From NCBI GenBank assembly GCA_964564035.1, contig CAZLZN010000003.1:13995-77994 (forward strand): DNA of 64,000 nucleotides, given 5' to 3'. This document shows positions 34,455 to 44,178 of this stretch, piece after piece (the stretch's first letter is position 1; the number at the start of each line of letters is the position of its first letter). Made by a program: the position numbers and the translations under genes. Source of the DNA: an uncultured Gammaproteobacteria bacterium (GTDB taxonomy: Bacteria > Patescibacteriota > Microgenomatia > Levybacterales > UBA12049). The notes under the pieces were generated by a model, which was given only the letters and a program-made list of their open reading frames with translations, was not told the DNA's origin and ran no database searches.

Positions 34455-35810
34455 ATGGATCCCTCTGCCCAACCATCAGATCAAAACGACATTCAACCCG
34501 CGGACACCCAAGCTATCCCGGCTCCTCAGCCGGCTCCCAATCCCGAAGAACAGGAAGCCATGGCACGCGGAGACTTACCCATGAATCCTGACAGCAGCAG
34601 CATTGCCTCCGCCCAGGCCTCGGATAGCGAGGAAATGGCCAAGATGGACACAGTCGCCAAAGCCGAAATACACAATATACAAAACACTATCGACAATGCA
34701 GTCCCGCAAGACTCCAAAAAAACATCGAACATAGTTTCAGATCATGGTAAATCCAGCGACCAAATCCGGGTACTCGGAGAAAAAATCGAAAAAGCTCCCC
34801 TTCCGTCTGAGCTTAAAGCAATTCTCACAGAAAGAATTTCACGCCTAGCACTCATCAGACAAAGCGCCGGTTTTATGAGCTCGACATTCGTTATCGAATA
34901 TGAGCAGACTGCCAAATATGTAAACTGGGTGGTCGATATGCCTTGGGACAAACAAAGTGAGGATCTTCTGGATCTGGCCCGCGCGAAAGAAATAATGGAT
35001 AGAAGTCATTACGGCCTGGAGCCTTTGAAGGAAAGAGTCCTTGAATACATCGCGTCACTCATGCTCAATATCAAAAACAACAAAGGATCGGACAACGTGA
35101 TCAAAGCGCCGATCATCTGCGTTGTAGGATTGGCCGGTACCGGTAAAACAACATTTGCCAAAACTCTTGCGGAGTCTCTTGGCAGATCTTTCGAGCGCAT
35201 TCCGTTCGGAGGCATGGCGGACTCACGTGTTCTCAGAGGCCAATCCAGATATTTTCCCGACGCCGAACCCGGCGCGATCATCAAAAGCATGATCCACGGC
35301 AAAACCAAAAATCCGGTTATCCTGCTCGATGAACTGGACCGCGTTACGGACACTGCAAGAGCCGATATCATGGGCGTTCTTATCGAAATTCTGGACCCCG
35401 AACAGAACGCGCATTTTACCGATCACTACATAGATTATCCGTTCAGTCTCCAAAATGTTATCTTTATCGCGACCGCCAACAACGTAGCAAGCGTGGCAAC
35501 AGCCGTTCTTGACCGTCTCGAAATTATCAAAATGCCCTCGTACAACGACGATGAAAAAATAGTTATCGGCCGCAACTTCGTACTGCCCAAAACCATGAAG
35601 CTCACAGGCCTACTGCCCGAACAGCTGATTATCGACGAAGATGTCTGGCCGCCGCTAGTGAGGCCTCTCGGCTATGACCCGGGTGTACGCGGTCTCGACC
35701 GCCTGATCACCAATATGTGCCGCAAAGCAGCCATGCTGATCGTTTCGGGTGAAGCGGAGACTGTCCGGATAACAAACGACAACATCAAACAATTCATGCC
35801 CCAGTGGTAA
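34455..35810 (+). CDS. Lon-like AAA+ ATPase lacking both the LAN N-domain and the S16 protease domain
   Basis: Contains Lon-specific segments (YVNWVVDMPW, HYGLEPLKERVLEYIA), Walker A GLAGTGKTT, Walker B ILLDELDR, and GVRGLDRLI..CRK. It ends right after the AAA+ lid with no DGPSAG or Ser-Lys region. The N-terminal ~90 aa are disordered. Confidence 0.75.
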   Translation: MDPSAQPSDQNDIQPADTQAIPAPQPAPNPEEQEAMARGDLPMNPDSSSIASAQASDSEEMAKMDTVAKAEIHNIQNTIDNAVPQDSKKTSNIVSDHGKSSDQIRVLGEKIEKAPLPSELKAILTERISRLALIRQSAGFMSSTFVIEYEQTAKYVNWVVDMPWDKQSEDLLDLARAKEIMDRSHYGLEPLKERVLEYIASLMLNIKNNKGSDNVIKAPIICVVGLAGTGKTTFAKTLAESLGRSFERIPFGGMADSRVLRGQSRYFPDAEPGAIIKSMIHGKTKNPVILLDELDRVTDTARADIMGVLIEILDPEQNAHFTDHYIDYPFSLQNVIFIATANNVASVATAVLDRLEIIKMPSYNDDEKIVIGRNFVLPKTMKLTGLLPEQLIIDEDVWPPLVRPLGYDPGVRGLDRLITNMCRKAAMLIVSGEAETVRITNDNIKQFMPQW

Positions 35811-35824
35811 AACCGAATAAAAAA

Positions 35825-36442
35825 TTAATTCATCGTGTTGTACCTGTTTTCCAGATTGATAATATAATCCTCGCCGCACAAATCCAATAGATTAGCAATT
35901 ACCATTTGCACAGATTTATATGCACCAACCGGCAAAGAATCTAAATATTTATGCCTTTTATAAGCAGGTTTTAAAAGCGATTCCGATAGATCAAATAATC
36001 TATTATAAACTTCAAGTATTATGCTGTCATTTCGGATTATGTCTTTATAATCACCCGCAAATTCTTTCCTGTCGGGAAACCGCACGTGTACGGTAAGCGG
36101 ACCAAATTCAGTATCAAACATCCTGACCGCAGCATATCTTATGGTACCGTTTTCATGAAGCAGCAATTTATAAAACCACGAAAACAAAAAATCAGGCCTC
36201 GACTTTTTATCCCGCAGATAATATATCACCGAGATCGCGACAACATAATTCTCAAGCCGCCAAGTCCCTTTTATTTTTTCATAATTCTCCTGAACTTTTG
36301 ACAACTCATTTACGATATCTTTGTATTTCTGATTATCCCCTCTTGAGCTGTACAAAAACTTCCGCACCCCTCGCGAAGCGCTCCTGCTACCATTTTTATC
36401 CCCCTCCAAAATAATTTTAAATAAATTCTTTATGCTATCCAT
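35825..36442 (-). CDS. Hypothetical protein (205 aa)
   Basis: ORF only. No motif recognised. Confidence 0.4.
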   Translation of the reverse strand: MDSIKNLFKIILEGDKNGSRSASRGVRKFLYSSRGDNQKYKDIVNELSKVQENYEKIKGTWRLENYVVAISVIYYLRDKKSRPDFLFSWFYKLLLHENGTIRYAAVRMFDTEFGPLTVHVRFPDRKEFAGDYKDIIRNDSIILEVYNRLFDLSESLLKPAYKRHKYLDSLPVGAYKSVQMVIANLLDLCGEDYIINLENRYNTMN

Positions 36443-36587
36443 TTAGGCCCTACATTTTACCAAACCCGCACCCATTTTCCCACCACTTAACGCCTAAAAG
36501 CGCATAAACAAAACTTTAATTTCACATCAGGCATAACGATATAAAATTAACTATTCCCCTTATGTTATAATTACACTTAAGACCAAC

Positions 36588-38291
36588 ATGACAGACCAGA
36601 AAAATCTAAAACCCGCATCGCTTCCTGATTCAGTCTCATTCGTCTCCCTTGGCGGACTCGAAGACGTAACTCGCAACATGTATGTTTACGAATACAAAAA
36701 CGAAATCCTGCTCGTCGACTGCGGACTCGGATTCCCCGATGAAACCATGCTGGGAGTCGACCTCCTGCTTCCCGACATCACATATCTATTAAATGACCGC
36801 ATACCCTCAGGCAAAAAAATTGTCGGCCTCGTCCTGAGCCACGGCCACGAAGACCACATCGGAGGACTTCCCTTCCTACTCCCTCAGCTTCCCGAGTTCC
36901 CCATTTATGCATCCCCCCTCACAGCCGCACTTGCCAATGACAAATTATCCGAATTCGGATTAAAACCCTCTATACAGACAGTACAATTTGACAAAAACGA
37001 GATAAAGCTCGGCCATTTCAAAATAAACTTCCTCCGCATCACGCACTCCGTTCCCGATACCGCAAACATTATCATCAAGACACCGGCGGGTGCATTCTAC
37101 CACGGAAGCGATTTCAAATTTGACTTCACCCCGGCCGACGGCAAACGCACCCAGTTCCAAAAAATAGCCGGAGCAGGTGAAGATGGGATACTCTGTCTCA
37201 TGTCCGACTCTCTCGGCTCCCAAAGGCCCGGCTTTTCCGACTCGGAAATAGGCCTCACTCAAAATTTTGAGCGCGAACTCCGCACTACAAGCGGTAAATA
37301 CCTTGTTACTACATATTCCTCAAATGTATCACGAATAAATCAGGTCATAAGTGCCGCGAAAAAATTCAACAGAAAAATCTGCTTCGTCGGCAGATCAATA
37401 CTAAAAGTCAAAAACATAGCAACGCGCCTGGGTTACATGTCTATTCCCAAAGGCATGGAAGTACCGATCGATCAGCTCAAAAAATATCAGGACAAACAGC
37501 TCGTCATGCTCGTTGCCGGAAGCCAGGGACAGGAAAACTCCGCCCTCACCCGAATAGCCGACGGCGTACACAAAGACATCAAACTCACACCAAATGACGT
37601 TGTAGTTTTTTCATCCGATACAATCCCCGGCAACGAAGTGGCAGTCAACTCACTTATTGATACGCTCGCCAAAAAAGGCGTCAGAGTATTTTATTCCGAG
37701 GTAAGTGACGATTTCCACGTTTCCGGCCATGGATCCGCGCAGGATTTACAGCTTCTTATATCGCTCACCCAGCCCAAATTCCTGCTCCCCATAAGCGGCA
37801 CGTACCGCCAAATGGTAGCCTACAAAGATCTTGCGCTCAAGATGGGATACAGCCACAAAGACATTTTTCTGGTCGAAAACGGCCAGGAAGTTATTTTTGG
37901 GCCTCATGGAGCGCGCTTAGGCAAAAAAATCGATGTCAAAAATGTTTATGTCGATGAAGTATCTGGTGAAGAGGTTGAGAACTATCTCATCCGTGATAGA
38001 GAAAAACTGGCCCGCGAGGGTATAGTAATTCTAATGGCAGAAGTCAGTGCGTCAACCGGACAGCTCGTCGGCGCGCCCGAAGTGATCACGAGGGGCTCTA
38101 CTCTAATGGATATAAAAGACAGCCTGACAGGATCTCTGACTGACCAAATTAAGAAAGAATTACTATCCAGAGGCGGCAAGGTCACCAACTGGTCACACAT
38201 CCGCAAACTTATAGGAAATATCGCGGAGCGTCTCATACTCAAAAAATTCCGCAGTCAGCCCCTGGTTTTGCCCGTCATCATCGAAGTTTAA
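36588..38291 (+). CDS. rnj: Ribonuclease J (metallo-beta-lactamase / beta-CASP)
   Basis: HGHEDHIGG motif, beta-CASP region and the C-terminal domain over 567 aa. Confidence 0.85.
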   Translation: MTDQKNLKPASLPDSVSFVSLGGLEDVTRNMYVYEYKNEILLVDCGLGFPDETMLGVDLLLPDITYLLNDRIPSGKKIVGLVLSHGHEDHIGGLPFLLPQLPEFPIYASPLTAALANDKLSEFGLKPSIQTVQFDKNEIKLGHFKINFLRITHSVPDTANIIIKTPAGAFYHGSDFKFDFTPADGKRTQFQKIAGAGEDGILCLMSDSLGSQRPGFSDSEIGLTQNFERELRTTSGKYLVTTYSSNVSRINQVISAAKKFNRKICFVGRSILKVKNIATRLGYMSIPKGMEVPIDQLKKYQDKQLVMLVAGSQGQENSALTRIADGVHKDIKLTPNDVVVFSSDTIPGNEVAVNSLIDTLAKKGVRVFYSEVSDDFHVSGHGSAQDLQLLISLTQPKFLLPISGTYRQMVAYKDLALKMGYSHKDIFLVENGQEVIFGPHGARLGKKIDVKNVYVDEVSGEEVENYLIRDREKLAREGIVILMAEVSASTGQLVGAPEVITRGSTLMDIKDSLTGSLTDQIKKELLSRGGKVTNWSHIRKLIGNIAERLILKKFRSQPLVLPVIIEV

Positions 38292-38307
38292 TTGCGCAGG
38301 GCTTAAT

Positions 38308-38336
38308 TTGTCATCGCTGACCTAAAGGTCTATAAT
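38308..38336 (+). promoter_or_regulatory. Candidate promoter abutting the ftsK start (TTGTCA-17-TATAAT, 7 nt to ATG)
   Basis: -35 at 38308-38313, -10 at 38331-38336 and the ATG at 38344. No Shine-Dalgarno. Confidence 0.45.
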
Positions 38337-38343
38337 ATGTCTT

Positions 38344-40500
38344 ATGCCCAGAAGAAGCAGGTCCAAACTCTTCAAGCTCAAACTGAAAAAAAAGACTGTC
38401 TATTCGCTGTTTTCCATATTCAGCTTTATTGCGTTCGCGCTTTTCATCCTGGCGCTCATAAAACCCGAAGGCACCGTGCTCATCGGACTCAATAGAGTCA
38501 TAAATGAATTTTTTGGACCTCTGGGTGTATTATTTCCCTTTACGTTTTTCTTTGTGGGTTTTCTGTTTATAAATTCTAAAAAAATAATCTTCTCAAGACT
38601 TGAAAAAACTCTTGGCTTTTCTCTTTTCTTTATTTCCCTTATTAGCCTTACCAGAAACGGCGCGGTAGGCAAAGAATTATTCAACATTTTTGCCGAAATC
38701 CTCTCTATAAGAGGAGCTGATCTTGTTTTTATCGGAGGCATACTGATAGGCTTATTCGTATTTTTTGAAACATCTCTGACGGATATCATGGAAAGCCTGG
38801 CGGCTATACTTGGCTCATTCAAGAGACTGATTCCCTCCTTCAAATTTCTCACCAACAAACCAAAACCTCTTCTCAACAAAAACAAACCCGTTATAATTAA
38901 AGACTCACAGGCGATCGAAAAACAAATGCCAATACCTGTTAAACAAGCAGTTCCCGCCGCGCCGCCAATACCTCAGTCCCCTGCTCGCAAAAAAGAACCG
39001 GACTTTTTGCCGGATCAGCTTATCAGCAACATGCTGACGCAGACAACACACGGCGTTTGGGAGTATCCTCCCTTATCCTTGTTATCCGATGCCCCTGGCG
39101 GCAAGGCCGAAAGAGGAGACACGAAAAAAATATCAAATACTATCGAAAACGCGCTTGACAGCTTCAATATTGATGCCAAAATACGCGAAATAAACCTCGG
39201 CCCGGCTGTTACTCAGTATGCTATAGAGCTTGCCCAAGGCACCAAAGTCGCCAAAATTACGTCGCTGGCCAATGACCTGGCACTGGCAACCGAAGCTCCG
39301 ACCGGCCAAATCAGAATTGAAGCACCGATCCCCGGACGAAATCTCGTCGGGATCGAAATACCAAACAGGTCTCTACAGGTTGTCAATCTGCGTACAATGC
39401 TTAGCTCGGACATAATGCAGAAAGCCAAATCCAAACTTAATGTTGCGCTCGGGCTAGACGTATCCGGAGCGGCAGTCGCTGTGAACATAGCCAAAATGCC
39501 TCACGTTTTGGTCGCCGGAACCACCGGCTCCGGAAAATCTGTACTTATTAACTCATTTATTACTTCTCTCCTGTTCAGAGCCTCCCCGCAAGAAGTACGC
39601 CTGATCCTGATCGATCCAAAACGCGTTGAATTCACAGGCTACAACGGGATTCCTCATCTTCTGACACCTGTCATTGTCGAACCCGACAAGATTTTATCCG
39701 CTCTCAAATGGGCTATGCACGAAATGGACAAAAGATACAAATTATTTGCCGAACGCGGCGTCAGAAATATTGATTCATATAACGAACAGGCAGGATTCCA
39801 GGTAATTCCTTATATTGTAATATTCATTGATGAATTGGCGGATCTTATGATGTTTGCGCCTGTCGAAGTAGAAGACGCCATAGCGAGAATCGCCCAAATG
39901 GCCCGCGCGACCGGTATTCACCTCGTTATTGCTACCCAACGCCCATCCGTCAATGTCATAACAGGTTTGATCAAAGCCAACATCCCGTGCCGTATCGCCT
40001 TCAACGTATCATCCATGATCGACTCACGCGTTATCATAGACAGCCCCGGCGCCGAAAAATTACTTGGCCGCGGAGATATGCTTTATATACCCCCGGACCA
40101 AGCTAAGCCCTCACGCATTCAGGGCACTTTCGTATCCGAAAAAGAAATAAACAAACTTGTCGATTATCTCAAATCCAAAAATTACCCGGTCGAATATACC
40201 GAAGAAGTATTGACTCAGCCCGCAGCCTCCAAAAACGGCAAATCCGGAGGAGGATCCGCTTCAAGCGGAGAAAACGAAATCGAAGACGCGATCCAGCTGG
40301 TATGTCAGTTCAATACCGCGTCCGCATCATTTTTGCAGAGAAAAATGTCTATCGGATACGCCAAAGCCGCAAGGATACTGGATACACTTGAAGAAATGGG
40401 AATTGTAGGACCGGGAGAAGGCGCCAAGCCCAGAGAAGTTCTTGTCAAAAACGCAGCAGAATTTCTGAATAACTACAACCAGACACAGGAACAGCAATAA
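38344..40500 (+). CDS. ftsK: DNA translocase FtsK/SpoIIIE
   Basis: Four N-terminal TM helices, a linker, a motor domain (Walker A GTTGSGKSV, Walker B IVIFIDELADL) and a C-terminal gamma winged-helix domain. Confidence 0.9.
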   Translation: MPRRSRSKLFKLKLKKKTVYSLFSIFSFIAFALFILALIKPEGTVLIGLNRVINEFFGPLGVLFPFTFFFVGFLFINSKKIIFSRLEKTLGFSLFFISLISLTRNGAVGKELFNIFAEILSIRGADLVFIGGILIGLFVFFETSLTDIMESLAAILGSFKRLIPSFKFLTNKPKPLLNKNKPVIIKDSQAIEKQMPIPVKQAVPAAPPIPQSPARKKEPDFLPDQLISNMLTQTTHGVWEYPPLSLLSDAPGGKAERGDTKKISNTIENALDSFNIDAKIREINLGPAVTQYAIELAQGTKVAKITSLANDLALATEAPTGQIRIEAPIPGRNLVGIEIPNRSLQVVNLRTMLSSDIMQKAKSKLNVALGLDVSGAAVAVNIAKMPHVLVAGTTGSGKSVLINSFITSLLFRASPQEVRLILIDPKRVEFTGYNGIPHLLTPVIVEPDKILSALKWAMHEMDKRYKLFAERGVRNIDSYNEQAGFQVIPYIVIFIDELADLMMFAPVEVEDAIARIAQMARATGIHLVIATQRPSVNVITGLIKANIPCRIAFNVSSMIDSRVIIDSPGAEKLLGRGDMLYIPPDQAKPSRIQGTFVSEKEINKLVDYLKSKNYPVEYTEEVLTQPAASKNGKSGGGSASSGENEIEDAIQLVCQFNTASASFLQRKMSIGYAKAARILDTLEEMGIVGPGEGAKPREVLVKNAAEFLNNYNQTQEQQ

Positions 40501-40514
40501 TTTATTTTTCAGCT

Positions 40515-41147
40515 ATGATTAGAGTTGGCCAAAGACTATACGAAACCCGTCTCAATAAAAACTTATCTATCGACCAGGTTGCGAAAGCAACAAAGATCCG
40601 GCCGAATTTCTTAACAGCTATCGAAAAAGGAGAATATGACAAACTTCCCTCTTTTACTTACGCCCAAGGATTTGTTTGTAATTACGCCGATTTCCTGAGC
40701 TTGCCTCGCGACGAGGTCTTGGCCTTATTCCGCCGGGAAGTTGACGAAAAAAAACACATCAAAGTTTTACCGGATACTTTGGCGGTCCCGAAAAGCTCAT
40801 TTATTCCCAGAGTATATTTTCATCAGGCGGTAGTCGCGTTTATTCTCGGACTGACAATCCTTGTCGGATACCTGGGCTACCAGCTCAGAACTATGTTTAT
40901 TCCGCCTCCCCTTCTTATCGAATCACCGCCGGATAACGCGCAAACTCAAAGCAATTTGCTTGTCACAGGCACTACGGATCCCAACGCGACAATTTATGTC
41001 AATAACGAATCAGTCTCAATAAACCCGGACGGCAAATTCTCCAAAGCGCTAACTCTTTTTCCGGGCAAAAACACTATAACCGTCAAATCCAAAAACCGCT
41101 TCGGTAAAGAAACAGTTCTCGAGCGCCAAATCGTCGTAAAAAAATAA
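40515..41147 (+). CDS. RodZ-like HTH (XRE) membrane protein
   Basis: N-terminal HTH (LSIDQVAKATKIRPNFLTAIEKGEY), one TM helix and a C-terminal beta-rich domain. Confidence 0.6.
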   Translation: MIRVGQRLYETRLNKNLSIDQVAKATKIRPNFLTAIEKGEYDKLPSFTYAQGFVCNYADFLSLPRDEVLALFRREVDEKKHIKVLPDTLAVPKSSFIPRVYFHQAVVAFILGLTILVGYLGYQLRTMFIPPPLLIESPPDNAQTQSNLLVTGTTDPNATIYVNNESVSINPDGKFSKALTLFPGKNTITVKSKNRFGKETVLERQIVVKK

Positions 41148-41188
41148 ATATATTGACAAAAGATGCGTTTTTAAGGTAACTTAGTATT

Positions 41189-41497
41189 ATGATTGACTTA
41201 GTGCAATTAGTTTTGTTGACCGTAATTATCATCCTCACTTTGCTTTTAGTATTTTTAGGCATTCAGGTTTTCTTCATCTTAGGCGAAGTCCGCAAAACAG
41301 TATCCAAAACCAACGGAATATTGGACAAAGCCGATTCCATAACCGAAAGCGTCAAAACCCCGCTAAGCGCTCTCTCTACACTGTCCCTTGGCCTGAAAGC
41401 AACCTCCATACTATCTATTGCCAAGTTTATAAAAAATTTGATAAGCCGCGACAATGACACGGCAGGCGACAAACAATACAATGGAAAACAAATCTAA
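41189..41497 (+). CDS. Small membrane protein (1 TM)
   Basis: 102 aa with an N-terminal TM helix. No family recognised. Confidence 0.4.
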   Translation: MIDLVQLVLLTVIIILTLLLVFLGIQVFFILGEVRKTVSKTNGILDKADSITESVKTPLSALSTLSLGLKATSILSIAKFIKNLISRDNDTAGDKQYNGKQI

Positions 41498-41876
41498 CAA
41501 CTCAGGCGGATTGGGCGGCGGATTCATGCTTGGGCTCCTGATCGGCGTTCTTATTACTCTGCTTATAACCACCAAAAAAGGCAGAGAGATCCTGCGTGAC
41601 CTAATGGACAAGATTATTCACAAACTCTCAAAAATTGACGAATCATTAGATAAGATCAAAGAAGAATTACGCGACGAAGAAAACAGCGACTACATCAAAA
41701 CAAACACTCAAAATATTAACGACGAAATTCGCCAAATAATATCCCAAACATCCGAAGAGCTCGAAAAACCTGTTCAATCAGCATCAAAAACAGAAACCAA
41801 AAGCTCAAGTTCAAAAAACGGCAAAGAAGATAAGCCTGCCAAGCGCTTGTTCTTTAGAAGAACCCACAAAAATTAA
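41481..41876 (+). CDS. YtxH-like membrane-associated protein
   Basis: Contains GGLGGGFMLGLLIGVLITLLITTKKGREILRDL followed by a coiled-coil, K/E-rich tail. I chose the ATG at 41481, which overlaps the previous gene by 17 nt. Confidence 0.5.
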   Translation: MENKSNNSGGLGGGFMLGLLIGVLITLLITTKKGREILRDLMDKIIHKLSKIDESLDKIKEELRDEENSDYIKTNTQNINDEIRQIISQTSEELEKPVQSASKTETKSSSSKNGKEDKPAKRLFFRRTHKN

Positions 41877-42643
41877 TTACCATACCCGTTGAACTCCATT
41901 TCAAACGACATATGAAACTCAGGCTTCGGAAATTTTAAAAGATCATCAATATTTTTTCGGTAATATTGCGCAAACGTCTTCTCCAGATACTCATCTACAT
42001 TCTTCCATATCGGACCTTCTCCCGACTGCTCGGCGATTGCGTCGACAGCGCCTCTGGCTTCGACCTCAAAATCACTAAATAATAGCAACTTATTAGACAA
42101 ATACCCCGGCAGAGCTTCCGGATACTTCGCGTTAAGCTTTGTATTGCCGTGCTTTTGGTATCTATGTATTGTCGACTCCCGGCCTAACAGCTTAAGCCAA
42201 TGAAGATACTTCACAATCAGATAAAATACATCCGGCACAAATAGCAGTAATTGATCCTTATATTCAAGAGAAGTATTGCGGCTTGCGGCCTGATTTAGGT
42301 GATTTATGCTTATGCAGATTGCATCGTCCTTGCCCGAATAGCCAAGCGCGCCTGCATCATTTGAAAAATTAAACTTAGGCCACTCGTCTTCTACGGCGTT
42401 TAAATACAACTTAGCTTCTTCCACGCCCGCAAGCAAATTGTTTTTCATCAGATTGAATGCATCTTCTGAAATCGTAAGCCCCGCCTGTGTTAATAACTGA
42501 AAATCAAACCGGTTATTAGATTTTTCCTCCACAACTTTTATTATAATACTTATCTGAGCATTTTGCCTATACCCCAAGAAATGAAGAATAAAAATCTCAA
42601 GAATTTCTTTTATTATATATAAGAGAAAATATAAAAATAACAA
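41873..42643 (-). CDS. Hypothetical protein (start uncertain)
   Basis: 256-aa ORF whose first ~15 codons overlap the znuB 3' end, so the true start is probably internal. No family recognised. Confidence 0.4.
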   Translation of the reverse strand: MLFLYFLLYIIKEILEIFILHFLGYRQNAQISIIIKVVEEKSNNRFDFQLLTQAGLTISEDAFNLMKNNLLAGVEEAKLYLNAVEDEWPKFNFSNDAGALGYSGKDDAICISINHLNQAASRNTSLEYKDQLLLFVPDVFYLIVKYLHWLKLLGRESTIHRYQKHGNTKLNAKYPEALPGYLSNKLLLFSDFEVEARGAVDAIAEQSGEGPIWKNVDEYLEKTFAQYYRKNIDDLLKFPKPEFHMSFEMEFNGYGN

Positions 42644-43400
42644 TAGTGATGAGCACTATAGCTCCGCCTGTTGGCAGATTACTATAAAAAGAAACAATAA
42701 TTCCTGATATAACAGAGAATACTGATATTACTTCCGCAACTATAATCGTATCTCTCAGACTCTTCCCAAGCTGCAGCGCTGATGTAACCGGGATAACTAT
42801 AAGCGCGGAAACCAACAGCACTCCGATCGCCGGGATCGACAATGCAATTGTCAAAGCCGAAAGTATTATAATCAACAAATTAATAAATTGTGTCGGTATC
42901 CCGCTGACTCGTGCCGCCTCCTCATCAACTGTCACATAAAGAAGTTCTTTATAAAACGCGCTTATTAGGCCTATTACGACCACGCCAAGTGCCAAAATTA
43001 TATAAACATCACTCTGCCGGATAGTAGTAATACTGCCAAACAAATAACTAAACAGATCAGTACCCACGCCCCTCGATAACCCTATCAAAACCACAGCAAG
43101 CGCCAGGCTTCCGGATAAAAAAATTGAAAGCGCCGATTCACCAAACACTTTTTTACTCTGGCGCAATTTTTCAATTATTATTGAGGATGTAACAGCAGCC
43201 AAAATTGCCGTTATTAAAGGATTAATCTTCAAAAAAAACCCTAGAGCCACTCCCGCAAAAGAAACATGAGACAGCGTATCGGCTATAAGTGAATACCTTC
43301 GCAAAACCAAAAAAACGCCGATCAGCGGAGCAATTACCGCAATAATTACTCCCGCCTGCATAGCGCGGATCATGAAAGAGTATTGAAATATATCAAACAT
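42597..43400 (-). CDS. znuB: Metal (Zn/Mn-type) ABC transporter permease, ABC-3 family
   Basis: 267 aa with 8-9 TM helices and the typical N-terminus FMIRAMQAGVIIAVIAPLIGVFLVLRR.SLIADTLSH. Confidence 0.8.
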   Translation of the reverse strand: MFDIFQYSFMIRAMQAGVIIAVIAPLIGVFLVLRRYSLIADTLSHVSFAGVALGFFLKINPLITAILAAVTSSIIIEKLRQSKKVFGESALSIFLSGSLALAVVLIGLSRGVGTDLFSYLFGSITTIRQSDVYIILALGVVVIGLISAFYKELLYVTVDEEAARVSGIPTQFINLLIIILSALTIALSIPAIGVLLVSALIVIPVTSALQLGKSLRDTIIVAEVISVFSVISGIIVSFYSNLPTGGAIVLITIVIFIFSLIYNKRNS

Positions 43401-43428
43401 AATTATTAATTAAGCTTTCGACTTTACA

Positions 43429-44178
43429 TTAATGATGCAATCCGCCCCGGCCGATTAATTCATGAAAATATTTACCTTTAATAAATTCTTCAGGGTCTCC
43501 GTAATAAACCAGCTCGCGGTTTACATAAGCAAGTTCAGTCGCCTCATGCGCTACAACGTCGAGTTCATGCGAAGCTAGTACAAGAGTCAAATTAAGTTCA
43601 CGGTTCAACTTCCGAAGTAGCGCGTAAAATTGTTTCTGTGTCTTAACATCCACGCCGACAGTTGGCTCATCCAAAAATACTACTTCGGGCTCGCTCGCAA
43701 GCGCTCTTGCTATAAAAACTCTCTGTTGTTGTCCGCCGGACAAATTGCGTATTTGAAAATTTTTATATTCATACATATCGACATTCATAAGCGCCTCTTT
43801 TACTGCTTCGCGGTCAACGTTATTCAACGATTTAAATAACCCCCTCTTTGCAAAACGTGCCATTGATACTATCTCCTCAACCGTAACAGGCAAACTCTGC
43901 TCTACAGTCGCTCTTTGGGGCACATAACCGATCTTGTACCAATCACGGAATTTTGAAATTTCCTGACCGAACAGATCTATTTCTCCGCTTTCAGGTTTTA
44001 ATAAATTTACCATAAGCTTGATCAGAGTAGACTTTCCTCCTCCGTTAGGCCCTATAATACCCAGATAATCCCCTCTATGAATTTGCAGCGAGTAATCCTT
44101 TATGGCATGGTGATTAGAATAATAAAAATTTATATTCTTTAGCTGGATTATAGTATGCGTGTGCTTTAAAGACTGCAT
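43429..44178 (-). CDS. znuC: Metal ABC transporter ATP-binding protein
   Basis: Walker A GPNGGGKST, signature LSGGQQQRVFIARAL and Walker B VVFLDEPT. Confidence 0.85.
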   Translation of the reverse strand: MQSLKHTHTIIQLKNINFYYSNHHAIKDYSLQIHRGDYLGIIGPNGGGKSTLIKLMVNLLKPESGEIDLFGQEISKFRDWYKIGYVPQRATVEQSLPVTVEEIVSMARFAKRGLFKSLNNVDREAVKEALMNVDMYEYKNFQIRNLSGGQQQRVFIARALASEPEVVFLDEPTVGVDVKTQKQFYALLRKLNRELNLTLVLASHELDVVAHEATELAYVNRELVYYGDPEEFIKGKYFHELIGRGGLHH

